Below, piece after piece: positions 7,519 through 16,205 of a stretch of 31,710 bases of DNA (position 1 is the stretch's first letter; each line of letters starts with the position of its first letter). A program made the position numbers and the translations under genes. The notes under the pieces were generated by a model that made no database searches, was not told where the DNA came from, and saw nothing but the letters and a program-made list of their open reading frames with translations. The DNA is from a virus (taxonomy: Duplodnaviria > Caudoviricetes). Where the stretch lies: positions 1 through 31,710 of the IMG/VR virus record IMGVR_UViG_3300044820_000072, one strand, 5' to 3'.

Positions 7519-7570
7519 TGTGTTGTGTTGATCGCGAGTATGCGGTTGCTTGTCTGGCGAGGTTTTTGGA

Positions 7571-7873
7571 ATGATCGATCCGGAGGCTTATGAGCAGCAG
7601 CGTCGTTTGTCGGCGTTGTCTGGTGCGATTGGCTCTGGTCCTACTTCGGAGCAGTTCGAGTCGGCGTTGTCGTTGCAGCGCGAGCAGATGGAGTTAGGCG
7701 AGAAGGTTCGCATCGAGCAGTTGCGTACTGCGGTGGCGTTGAAGGTATACGAGCACGCGGTTTCTTTGCCGGAGTTATTGGATGAGTCGACGGTTGATTT
7801 ATACAACGCGTCGGTTGCTCATTTGCTGTCGGTGCTTGGTGTTGCGGCCGAGGGTACGGAGTCGGTCGAGTGA
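7571..7873 (+). CDS. Hypothetical protein
   Basis: GAGG RBS before ATG 7571; coupled to next ORF. Confidence 0.7.
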   Translation: MIDPEAYEQQRRLSALSGAIGSGPTSEQFESALSLQREQMELGEKVRIEQLRTAVALKVYEHAVSLPELLDESTVDLYNASVAHLLSVLGVAAEGTESVE

Positions 7874-8214
7874 TGCCCGCGTCGTTCAAGGCCGGCGACC
7901 GGGTGCAGTTGAAAAGGTTCTTCACGATTTCTATGATCGGGCCTGACTATCTTCGTCTACTGCATGATGACGGTTGGGGCAAGGCAGTCACAGCGGATCA
8001 GATCGAACTCGTCCCCGCCGCCTCTCCCGGCAAGCGTCTTGTGGAGATCGACGACGCAGAAATTCGTGCTCTGGAAATCTTCAAAGCGCCTGGATACCCT
8101 GGCAAGAAATTCCACCGCGAGTCCGTAGATACCGACCGCGCTTTCGTGCTCACGCGCGAGGAAGTGAAATCGTTGAAGGCGCTTTTGGCCCGCGCCAAGG
8201 CTGGTGACGCATGA
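7870..8214 (+). CDS. Hypothetical protein
   Basis: Start and stop overlap neighbours; FKAGDRVQL start is reminiscent of small SH3/KOW-like phage proteins. Confidence 0.7.
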   Translation: MMPASFKAGDRVQLKRFFTISMIGPDYLRLLHDDGWGKAVTADQIELVPAASPGKRLVEIDDAEIRALEIFKAPGYPGKKFHRESVDTDRAFVLTREEVKSLKALLARAKAGDA

Positions 8215-8414
8215 GCGCGCAGATAGCATACTACGACGTTTCCGAAGGCGGCAGCACCGTGACGGCAACAACGGTCGAGCCCGGCAGGCGCTATTGGGAT
8301 GTGATGTACGACGGTGAGCGCGCGATTCTGTCCGAACGCGGGATGCTCCGCTGGCTTGAAGGTGGAGCGGTCACGGAGCTTGAGAGCGCGCTGAATAATC
8401 GAGGTGACGCATGA
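8211..8414 (+). CDS. Hypothetical protein
   Basis: ATGA overlaps at both ends; flanked by a 14-bp direct repeat. Confidence 0.7.
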   Translation: MSAQIAYYDVSEGGSTVTATTVEPGRRYWDVMYDGERAILSERGMLRWLEGGAVTELESALNNRGDA

Positions 8415-8806
8415 GCATCGAGCTTGACCTCGCGGCGCTGCGCGAATGGACCGACTCGGTAGACCCGGCATCGACGGCACTCGATGACCGCCGCGCGGTA
8501 CAGGTCGGGCTCGCGCTCGACCGCCTCGAAGCCGCCGAGAAGCGAGTGGACGAGTACAAAGCGTCACTTGTCGAATGTAGTCGACAACGCCATGAAGCTT
8601 TGCTCCGCGCCGAGGCTGCGGAGGCGGTGATCGCGCGGGTTCGCACTTATCGTAAGGAGCTTGCGACCGCAGGCGATCCTGAATGGATAGACGCCCTTCC
8701 CGCTCGCTATTTCTTCGAGGGCAACGATGCAGACGTAGTTGAGGGCCTCGACGCCGCTCTCAACGGCACAGAGACAGCGAAGGAAGCGAGCGAGGCTGTC
8801 GAATAG
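8411..8806 (+). CDS. Hypothetical coiled-coil protein (Ead/Ea22-like flavour)
   Basis: GAGGTG RBS; LALDRLEAAEKRV and RAEAAEA helical repeats. Confidence 0.7.
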   Translation: MSIELDLAALREWTDSVDPASTALDDRRAVQVGLALDRLEAAEKRVDEYKASLVECSRQRHEALLRAEAAEAVIARVRTYRKELATAGDPEWIDALPARYFFEGNDADVVEGLDAALNGTETAKEASEAVE

Positions 8807-8812
8807 TGCGGC

Positions 8813-9487
8813 ATGAGTCGGAGGTCGAGTCGGTTATGGAAGCTCCGCCGGGAGCGTCGGCAGAGGGCGCTCGAGGAGATCGAGGCTGGCGGAGAGACGA
8901 TCAGCGACGAGTATTCGGACAGCGAGCGAGTTAACCAGCGTGCGTACTTGTATTCGGAGGCGATCGTGGAAGAAGTAGTTCGCGCCGGCGGCGTTACAGA
9001 CAAGGCGAAGATTGCCGCGGCCGCGCGTACGTGGTCGACGATCGCGGTGATGAAGCCGGATCTTCAGAAGAAGCATGCGCTCGCGAAGTTCAATCAGTAC
9101 ATGCGTCGTTCGGACGTGCGCGAGAATTGCCGGGACGCCTTTGCTTTGGTCGGTTTTGATATCGTCGACGCGATGGAGATGCTGAAGAAGCATATCAAGG
9201 GTGAGGTTCGCAAGCAGGTTCTCACGAAGGACGGTCGCGTTCGTTCGATCAAGGAGCCGCCGTCGCTTCCCGCGTTGCAGACGTACTTGAAGCTAGCGAT
9301 GCCGGAGGCTGCGCAGCGGGTACAGAGCGAGGTGTTGCACGCTCGGGTGAACCTGAATGAGATGCGTGCTGCGGAGCCTATGTCTGCGCCGCGCGTTGTC
9401 GGTGATTTCGTATTGTCTGGGACGACGGGCGGGGTGCTAGAGGATGAGGTCGATGCGCTTGCTGAGGAGCCTGCTGGCGATGACTGA
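8813..9487 (+). CDS. Putative terminase small subunit
   Basis: Helical 224-aa protein with basic N-terminus and acidic tail, upstream of TerL; function from position and character only. Confidence 0.45.
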   Translation: MSRRSSRLWKLRRERRQRALEEIEAGGETISDEYSDSERVNQRAYLYSEAIVEEVVRAGGVTDKAKIAAAARTWSTIAVMKPDLQKKHALAKFNQYMRRSDVRENCRDAFALVGFDIVDAMEMLKKHIKGEVRKQVLTKDGRVRSIKEPPSLPALQTYLKLAMPEAAQRVQSEVLHARVNLNEMRAAEPMSAPRVVGDFVLSGTTGGVLEDEVDALAEEPAGDD

Positions 9488-9623
9488 CGAGGAGCGTGCG
9501 GAGGCGATTCTGCGCCAGGGCTCAATGCGCGCGACCCCTCCCCCGGAGCCGCTTCCGATCCCCGAGGAGGTCGTGCTGGACGATTTCGATTCTCCGGCCG
9601 ATGAGGAGAGCGAGATCGTATGA
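9480..9623 (+). CDS. Small acidic protein (47 aa, MTDEERAEAILRQ...)
   Basis: Absent from the ORF track; GAGGAG RBS; fills the gap and overlaps the MTase start (ATGA). Confidence 0.6.
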   Translation: MTDEERAEAILRQGSMRATPPPEPLPIPEEVVLDDFDSPADEESEIV

Positions 9624-10825
9624 AGTTCGGCTCCCTGTTCTCTGGTATCGAAGCGGCGTCCGTGGCGTGGGAGTCACTCGGTTGGGAGTGCGCTTGGGTG
9701 AGCGAGATCGACCCGTTCGCTTGCGCCGTCTTGAAACACCGATACCCGCACGTTCCAAACCTCGGCGACGTGACGAAAGTCGATTGGGAGAGATACCGTG
9801 GATCAGTTGACGTTCTTGTCGGCGGAAGCCCCTGCCAGGACTTCTCCGTTGCCGGACTTCGCGCCGGCCTTGCTGGCGATCGAGGGCAGCTCACTCTCGA
9901 ATATGTACGAGTTCTTGAGGCGGTTCGGCCTCGCTGGTTCGTTTGGGAGAATGTCCCCGGTGTGCTTTCCGCCGATGGGGGCCGCGCTTTCGGAGCCTTC
10001 CTCGGGGCCGTGGGGGAATGCGGGTATGGGTTCTCCTACGCGGTTCTGGACGCTCGTCATTTCGGAGTCCCGCAACGCCGCCGGCGCGTGTTCGTTGTCG
10101 GACATTCTGATTGGCGACGCGCCGCGGCGGTACTATTTGACCGCGAAAGCCTGCTCGGGGATTCTCCGCAGAGCGAAGAAGAGGGGCAAGTCGCTCCCAC
10201 TCTCCCTTCACGCTGCTCTGCTGGCGGTGGCCTCGGCACCGACTTTGACCTCGACGGCGGACTAATCGCCGGAGGCAGCATAGCGCATACGCTTCGCGCC
10301 GAGGGATTCGACGCAAGCGAGGACGGAACAGGTCGCGGCATCCCGCTCGTCACGGTGGAAACCGGCGATATTGCTGCAACATTCTGTGCGGCAAGCGAAG
10401 CCACAAACGCGAGTGGCCCAAAAGTCCTCATCGCGTTCTCATGCAAGGACCACGGAGCCGATGCGGGCGACCTCGCGCCGACGCTACGCGCGATGGAGTT
10501 CGACAAAAGCCACGCGAACGCGGGCGGGCAGATCGCGGTTGCGTTCGGAGCGCAGGTCGAGTCGCCGTTCCTCGATGACTGTGCGCTTCCGATCACGGCG
10601 CGCAACGGTGATGCTGGCATGGTCGGAACATCGAGCGCCGTCCGCCGCATCACCCCCGTAGAGGCTGAGAGGCTTCAGGGATTTCCGGACGGATGGACGG
10701 ACGTTACCTATCGCGGCAAGCCCGCCGCAGACGGACCACGCTACCGGAGCCTGGGAAACAGTTTCGCCGTTCCGGTCGTTCGCTGGATCGGAGAGCGTAT
10801 TGAATCCATCGAGGAGATCGCATGA
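9620..10825 (+). CDS. DNA (cytosine-5)-methyltransferase
   Basis: Motifs I SLFSGIE, IV GGSPCQDFS, VI ENVPG, VIII QRRRRVF, IX RRITPVEAERLQGFPD, X LGNSFAVPV. Confidence 0.95.
   Translation: MKFGSLFSGIEAASVAWESLGWECAWVSEIDPFACAVLKHRYPHVPNLGDVTKVDWERYRGSVDVLVGGSPCQDFSVAGLRAGLAGDRGQLTLEYVRVLEAVRPRWFVWENVPGVLSADGGRAFGAFLGAVGECGYGFSYAVLDARHFGVPQRRRRVFVVGHSDWRRAAAVLFDRESLLGDSPQSEEEGQVAPTLPSRCSAGGGLGTDFDLDGGLIAGGSIAHTLRAEGFDASEDGTGRGIPLVTVETGDIAATFCAASEATNASGPKVLIAFSCKDHGADAGDLAPTLRAMEFDKSHANAGGQIAVAFGAQVESPFLDDCALPITARNGDAGMVGTSSAVRRITPVEAERLQGFPDGWTDVTYRGKPAADGPRYRSLGNSFAVPVVRWIGERIESIEEIA
9798..10265 (+). CDS. Overprinted +1-frame ORF within the MTase (candidate second subunit)
   Basis: GGGAGAG RBS before GTG; protein-like C-terminus CSLSDIL...RYYLTAKACSGILRRAKKRGKSLP. 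Confidence 0.6.
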   Translation: MDQLTFLSAEAPARTSPLPDFAPALLAIEGSSLSNMYEFLRRFGLAGSFGRMSPVCFPPMGAALSEPSSGPWGNAGMGSPTRFWTLVISESRNAAGACSLSDILIGDAPRRYYLTAKACSGILRRAKKRGKSLPLSLHAALLAVASAPTLTSTAD

Positions 10826-11196
10826 CCCCGCTCGAGAGTTTGATCGCGGCAGCGGCGCAAGGGTTCGCTCGCGGCTTCGTGGAAGCGGCGACGCGCACGC
10901 CTAGTCCTTCTGGCGAGCGAGAGGCGAAGCGCCGCGTCCGTCGAGTGCCGGAGGCGGCGACTTCGTCTGCGCCGGCGGCAACGCCCGTCGCGGAGCAGGT
11001 CCCGCTCGATCTTGGCGACCCGTATGCGGCGGTGAAGTCAGGGTTGCGCGAGGGCGGCGCGGTGGACACGTCGGACCTCCTCGGGGGCGGTGTTCTCCGC
11101 GATCTCACTCCCGCGCAGCTCAAGACGGCGATCGAGGCGGAGGCGCAGCGCGTCGCGGGAACGGTATGGCCGCGGGTTGATGGTCGCGACGAATGA
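10822..11196 (+). CDS. Hypothetical protein
   Basis: GAGGAG RBS; ATGA overlaps at both ends. Confidence 0.7.
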   Translation: MTPLESLIAAAAQGFARGFVEAATRTPSPSGEREAKRRVRRVPEAATSSAPAATPVAEQVPLDLGDPYAAVKSGLREGGAVDTSDLLGGGVLRDLTPAQLKTAIEAEAQRVAGTVWPRVDGRDE

Positions 11197-11441
11197 CGAT
11201 GGATAACTCGTGCCGCCGGAATATCAGCGCTCGCCAGGGCGTCGTAATCATTCGCGAGACGATGCTCATGGAGAATGGTGAGGAGTTGCGAACGAGCGAA
11301 ACGCTGACTCCGAATCGCGCGCGAGTTTTCGCGAAGTATCTTATTCAATGCGCGAACTTCGCGGACGAGCAGATGCCGTCGTTCCCCGAGCTAGAGAGCA
11401 AGCCGCAGCGCAAGCCGTTCAAGCCGTGGTGGCAGATATAG
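11193..11441 (+). CDS. Hypothetical protein
   Basis: Coupled between neighbours; ends 1 nt before TerL. Confidence 0.65.
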   Translation: MTMDNSCRRNISARQGVVIIRETMLMENGEELRTSETLTPNRARVFAKYLIQCANFADEQMPSFPELESKPQRKPFKPWWQI

Positions 11442-11442
11442 C

Positions 11443-13512
11443 GTGAAGCAGTACCGCTATAACGAGAGCGATCGCGTTCACCAGCAGATCGACCCGTCCG
11501 CGTTCCGCATCGTGCAGATCCACGGAGCACCGATTGAACCGGGGTTTCGCGACGACGGGTTCCCGCGCTTTCAGGGCATGGATGAAGCGTGGTGGAAGGA
11601 TCTGTTCGTCAAGCATCCATCCGATTTTCAGATGCTCGTTCAGCTTTGCCGCTCGGACTTCCCGACGTTCTGCGCGTTGTTCCTCCGCATCCTGTCGCGG
11701 CTCACGGGCGACATTCAGCCGTTCGTTTTCAATGACGCGCAGCGGCTCACATGGAACAGGATGGTGCGGCGTCAGCAGAAAGGCGAGCCGCGCTTCTTCA
11801 TCATCCTCAAGGCTCGGCAAGAAGGGCTCACGACGTTCTGTTGCGCGTACAATTTTTGGGAACTGTGGCGTGGCACGAACGTCCGCGCGCTGTCGATCGT
11901 CCACGACGAGAAGCTGTCGATCAAGGTCATCGCGACATACGCTCGCTTCCATGATAACCTGCCGGACGTCGGAGGGATTCGTCCGAAGCTGCGCGCGAAC
12001 AGTCCGACCGCGACAGTCGCGAAGAACGAACTGTACTACCGCGAGTTGAAATGCCTCGGCGAGACGCACATCGCAAAGAACGTGCAGGCGCGCGGCGACA
12101 CGGCGCGTTTCATTAACGAGTCGGAAGCGGCGTTCTATCCCGCGCTTGGCACGCTCAACAGCGCGCTCATGCCGCAGCTTCCGGGGATCGGGACCGCGGC
12201 TCGGTCGAAGTGCGTGTTCATCATGGAGTCGACGCCGAACGGGCAGAACGACTTCTACGAGAAGTGGAAAGCGGCGAAGCGCGAAGGGTCCGAGTTCGAG
12301 GCGCTGTTTCTTCCTTGGTACATTCAGGAAAGCGAATACAGCGCGCAGCCTCCGCCGGAGTTCAAGCTCAATGCCGAGGAGATCGAGAAGCAGAAGGCAT
12401 GGTCGATCATTCGCCGTGGCGTCGACGGCAAGGACGTCACGCGAGCGCAAATGTATTGGCGTCGCAAGACGATCGAGGGAGAGCCGTTCAACGGCGACCT
12501 CGACCTGTTCGACACCGAATACCCGAGCGATGACGAGTCATGCTTCCTGCTACGTTCCGCCGGCGCGTTCACGGACGAGATGCGCTGGCTTCAGGAATGC
12601 GTCGATGCGGCGTCTGTTCGCGCGAAGGAAGTCTGGTCAGAGCGCGTGGACGGCAAGGGCGAGCAGATCCGCACGAATGGCCCCGCGTACGGCAAGCTCC
12701 TGTTCGACGGGCTCCCAGGGCCGCTCGAAAGTTTCGGCGTCATTCGGCTGCATCGGCCGCGGTTCAAGCTCGAGGCGAGCGGCGCGCTGCTCGTGTGGGA
12801 ACCTCCGGTCAAGGGCGACGTCTACTTCGCTGGGTCGGACACGGCGGGCGGAGAGTTTCGGCGAGACAGTAGTGTGGCGTGCATCATCAACGTCACGCAA
12901 GGTCGGCAGGTCGCGGAGTTCGCATCGAGCAGGTTTCGTCCTGAAGAATTCGCAGATATGCTCGTGCATTTGCTGTGGTGGTACAACCGCGCGTGGATTC
13001 TTCCCGAGATCAATTCGTACGGAAGCGTCGTCGTAAAGCGGATGCTCTACGATTGGCACTACCCGAACGTCGCAATGCAGGACCGTTGGGACGGCGGGCG
13101 TCGCGTATCGAAGCCCGGGTTCTTTACATCTCCGCAAACGCGCCCGTTCATCTTCTCTGCGCTCAAGGACTTCGCAGCGGAGCAGTACGTCGAGTTCGCG
13201 TCGGCGGGGCTCGTGCGCGAGATGGCGTCGTTCAAGGTCGAAGGCACGGACTATCGCACCGACAAGAAGAACCAGCACGACGATCGCGTGATTGCCGCTG
13301 GCCTTGCGTGCCTTGGGATACGTCAATCACCGAAGATGCTGCTTGAAATCGGGCAGGCTCGTACGCAGCGCGTCCCCACGGCGATAGATCTTGGGCTCAA
13401 CCACAGCGCCGTGCCGAAGAAGATGAAGGGCGCGGACGAAAACCTGCTTCGCAAGCTCAATCCGAACTACGGTCGCTATCCGATCAACCCGCTCCGGGGG
13501 TACTTTCGCTAA
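11443..13512 (+). CDS. terL: Terminase large subunit
   Basis: ILKARQEGLTT (Walker A), FINESEAAF (Walker B), ESTPNG coupling motif, nuclease GSDTAGG and HDDRVIA. Confidence 0.92.
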   Translation: MKQYRYNESDRVHQQIDPSAFRIVQIHGAPIEPGFRDDGFPRFQGMDEAWWKDLFVKHPSDFQMLVQLCRSDFPTFCALFLRILSRLTGDIQPFVFNDAQRLTWNRMVRRQQKGEPRFFIILKARQEGLTTFCCAYNFWELWRGTNVRALSIVHDEKLSIKVIATYARFHDNLPDVGGIRPKLRANSPTATVAKNELYYRELKCLGETHIAKNVQARGDTARFINESEAAFYPALGTLNSALMPQLPGIGTAARSKCVFIMESTPNGQNDFYEKWKAAKREGSEFEALFLPWYIQESEYSAQPPPEFKLNAEEIEKQKAWSIIRRGVDGKDVTRAQMYWRRKTIEGEPFNGDLDLFDTEYPSDDESCFLLRSAGAFTDEMRWLQECVDAASVRAKEVWSERVDGKGEQIRTNGPAYGKLLFDGLPGPLESFGVIRLHRPRFKLEASGALLVWEPPVKGDVYFAGSDTAGGEFRRDSSVACIINVTQGRQVAEFASSRFRPEEFADMLVHLLWWYNRAWILPEINSYGSVVVKRMLYDWHYPNVAMQDRWDGGRRVSKPGFFTSPQTRPFIFSALKDFAAEQYVEFASAGLVREMASFKVEGTDYRTDKKNQHDDRVIAAGLACLGIRQSPKMLLEIGQARTQRVPTAIDLGLNHSAVPKKMKGADENLLRKLNPNYGRYPINPLRGYFR

Positions 13513-13943
13513 TGCCGCTCTATGAATTCGCGTGCGTCGACGGGCACGAAACCGACCGCTTCTTCCCGATGGGGGAATGCCCGCCTGAAACCATCTGCTC
13601 GACCTGCGACGGGATCGCACGCCGGCTGTTCGGGAACTTCCATTTCCAGGAGGACCGCTGCCGCTTCAGCCGCAGCCCGATCGACGGGTCGAAGCGCTCG
13701 CAGATGCTCGGCCAGGAGTACCCGCAGGACCGCCGGGAGCGGGATGCGATCTACGCCGCGAAGGGGATTGAGCCGGTAACGGCCTCGACCATGCCGGAGA
13801 ATTGGCGTAGGATGAAGGAGTACGCCGACCACGTAAAGACGGGAGGGGAGCACATCGACACGAAGGTATTCTTACCTCCGGCTGCCCCCGTCAAATCCAT
13901 CCGAGATCGTCTGAGGGAGTCGAATGTTAAGATCAACCCGTAA
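13512..13943 (+). CDS. FmdB-family zinc-ribbon protein
   Basis: MPLYEFAC..GH...CSTC....RRLF N-terminus. Confidence 0.8.
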   Translation: MPLYEFACVDGHETDRFFPMGECPPETICSTCDGIARRLFGNFHFQEDRCRFSRSPIDGSKRSQMLGQEYPQDRRERDAIYAAKGIEPVTASTMPENWRRMKEYADHVKTGGEHIDTKVFLPPAAPVKSIRDRLRESNVKINP

Positions 13944-13949
13944 CGTGCC

Positions 13950-15896
13950 ATGCCCGTAGCCGCCGATAAGGGCCGCATCGAGCTCGACTCCCCGGGAGCG
14001 GCCCAGCAGACCGAAGATCAACGCGAGCGCGTCCGGCGCGTCCTCGAGTTCGTCTCCCTCGCTGACGATGGCGAGGAGGAGCGCCGGCTCAATGACCGGG
14101 TAGGGGCGAACCTCTACTACGGCCGTCATTGGAACGTCGACCTCGCGGCGCAGCGGGCGCAAATCACGGCGAATATCACGAAGTCGCTGATCGAGCACAA
14201 GCTCTCGATCATGCTCAAGCAGCTCCCCATCCCGATCGTCGAGGCCGGCGAGGCTGGAGACTCGCGCGCGGCGGACCTCATGCGGCGCGTCATCATGGGA
14301 TGGTGGTACGAGTCGGACATGCAGGAGAAGCTGCGCGAGGCTTGCACGATCGCGAACAACACGCGCACCTGCGCGCTGAAGTTTCCGTGGGACCCGACGA
14401 TTCGCGGCGGGGCTGGCGACGTGGCGTGCGACGTCGTTCCCGGTTGGCGGCTCATCCTCGACCCGCGGGCGAAGCGAATCAAGGATATGGAGTTCGTCGG
14501 GCACCGCGAGATCATGCGCCGCTCGAAGGTAGCGAAGTTCTACCCGAAGGCGTCCAGGCTCATCTTCGAGAGCAAGACCGCGGACAAGCAGCGCGGCTCC
14601 CCGTCCGGCGCAACGTCGATGCCAGCGTCGCCGATTGGTAGCGCCTACGACAAGTCCAAGGGCGGCGGCAGCAGCTTCGGGACGATCGTCAACGGTCGGC
14701 CCGTCATCTCGGCGTTCTCGAACGGTCGATCGACGTCGCCTCAGAACGACGGCGATGAGTCCGTCCAGGTCATCGAATTGTTCTACCGGGACGATACGCT
14801 CTACGAAACGACCGAGAAGGACTACGATCCGATCGGGAACCCTCGGAAAGAGGTGGTCCGCGACGACGAGGGGATGCCGCTTTTCGACACGATGCCCGAC
14901 GAGATCATGGACGTGGACGGCCAACCCGTCGCCATGCCGACGTTCAAGCTGCGCTACCGGGATATCGAGCGCACCGTGCTCAAGCCGAAGTATCCGTATT
15001 GGCGTCGGACGACGGTCATGTACCCTGGCGAGGTCGAATTGGACGATATCGCCTGGGACGGTCCGGCCCCGTATGCCCTGGTCAGCGATGGGATCGCGCT
15101 CGAGGGGCCGCATGTGCGCGGCTCCGCGCTCGACTGCGAGGACCTTCAGATCAGCCTCAACGTGACGCTCTCTTTAATGATGGATAATTGGCGATTGAGC
15201 GCCATGCGGGCGCTTCTCGCCGGCGCGCAGAGCGGGCTCGAGCAGAACAGCCTCATGGTCGGTCCGGCTGACGTCATCCGGGTTGGCGATATCAACCAGG
15301 TCAAATGGCTCGACGTCCCTCCGCTCGGCGCTTCGGACTTCACCTGGATCAACCTCATCATTTCTCTCATGGAGCGGATTGTCGGGGCGACCGGGATCAT
15401 GCAGGGCGAGAGTGCTGGGCGGGTCGATAGCGCGGCCGGGTACGATATCCTGGCGGAGATCGGCGGCTCTCGGATGGTAACGGCGACGCAGCAGATGGAG
15501 GTCGCGATCGCGGACGCGATGGAGATTGTCGGGTGGTACGCGCAGCGGTATTACACCGAGGCGCACGCGATTGCGGTCGAGGATGCCGAGGGGAATCAGA
15601 CCTTCGAGCGGGTTTCCTCACCGTTCCTATACGGCACGTTCCGGTTCAAGGTGCTCACGGGGTCGACGATGGCCTGGTCCGAGTCGTCCGTGCGCGCTCG
15701 TCTCATGGCCGATTTGCAGGCCGGGATCATCGACAAGATCGAGTTCTGGAAGCGGACGAACACGCCGAATTGGCAGCAGATCCGCGACCGGATTCTCGTG
15801 CAGAACCCGATTCTCTCTGGTGCGTCCGCGTCTCCTCCGCCGCGCACGCGCACCACGACGGCCCGGAACCTCCCGGGCGGGAACCTCATGCAATGA
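13950..15896 (+). CDS. Portal protein
   Basis: 648 aa, follows TerL; LYYGRHW, ANITKSLIE, LQISLN and MERIVGATGIMQG segments resemble podoviral portals. Confidence 0.85.
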   Translation: MPVAADKGRIELDSPGAAQQTEDQRERVRRVLEFVSLADDGEEERRLNDRVGANLYYGRHWNVDLAAQRAQITANITKSLIEHKLSIMLKQLPIPIVEAGEAGDSRAADLMRRVIMGWWYESDMQEKLREACTIANNTRTCALKFPWDPTIRGGAGDVACDVVPGWRLILDPRAKRIKDMEFVGHREIMRRSKVAKFYPKASRLIFESKTADKQRGSPSGATSMPASPIGSAYDKSKGGGSSFGTIVNGRPVISAFSNGRSTSPQNDGDESVQVIELFYRDDTLYETTEKDYDPIGNPRKEVVRDDEGMPLFDTMPDEIMDVDGQPVAMPTFKLRYRDIERTVLKPKYPYWRRTTVMYPGEVELDDIAWDGPAPYALVSDGIALEGPHVRGSALDCEDLQISLNVTLSLMMDNWRLSAMRALLAGAQSGLEQNSLMVGPADVIRVGDINQVKWLDVPPLGASDFTWINLIISLMERIVGATGIMQGESAGRVDSAAGYDILAEIGGSRMVTATQQMEVAIADAMEIVGWYAQRYYTEAHAIAVEDAEGNQTFERVSSPFLYGTFRFKVLTGSTMAWSESSVRARLMADLQAGIIDKIEFWKRTNTPNWQQIRDRILVQNPILSGASASPPPRTRTTTARNLPGGNLMQ

Positions 15897-16096
15897 TCGA
15901 CCGCTCGCGCCTGCCGGTAAAGCCGCTCGACCGGGCTCTATTCGCGCTCAATCGGCTGGCATCCGAGAACCCGGCGGCGTTCTCCGCGCTCGTCGAGTTC
16001 ATCGAGGACCCACCGGAGCACGGCAAGATCGAGCTTGGCATTCGTCATCGCAAGCTCAACGGATGCTCCGTGACGCGCGCGACTTACGGCGGCTAG
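15893..16096 (+). CDS. Small protein, DUF2292/YezD-like C-terminus
   Basis: ATGA overlap; HGKIELGIRHRK beta-hairpin-like end; precedes a promoter and terminator. Confidence 0.6.
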   Translation: MIDRSRLPVKPLDRALFALNRLASENPAAFSALVEFIEDPPEHGKIELGIRHRKLNGCSVTRATYGG

Positions 16097-16098
16097 GG

Positions 16099-16128
16099 TT
16101 GACGCCGAGCGCTTACTTGCGGTAGGCT
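16099..16128 (+). promoter_or_regulatory. Putative late promoter
   Basis: TTGACG-18 nt-TAGGCT in the intergenic gap before the head genes. Confidence 0.55.
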
Positions 16129-16151
16129 AGAGCCGCAACGGTAGCGTGATC

Positions 16152-16193
16152 CGCCCCGTCCTGTAGAGAGAGCAGGACGGGGCGTTTGTTTTT
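16152..16193 (+). terminator. Intrinsic terminator
   Basis: Perfect 12-bp stem CGCCCCGTCCTG/CAGGACGGGGCG followed by TTTGTTTTT. Confidence 0.85.
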
Positions 16194-16205
16194 CCAGGAG
16201 GGTAC

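Noticed and set aside
6513-7531. ORFs 6513-6728, 6528-6929, 6725-7309, 6966-7475 and 7169-7531
   Set aside because: Low-complexity translations that overlap each other and the promoter, operators and hairpins; region is better explained as non-coding.
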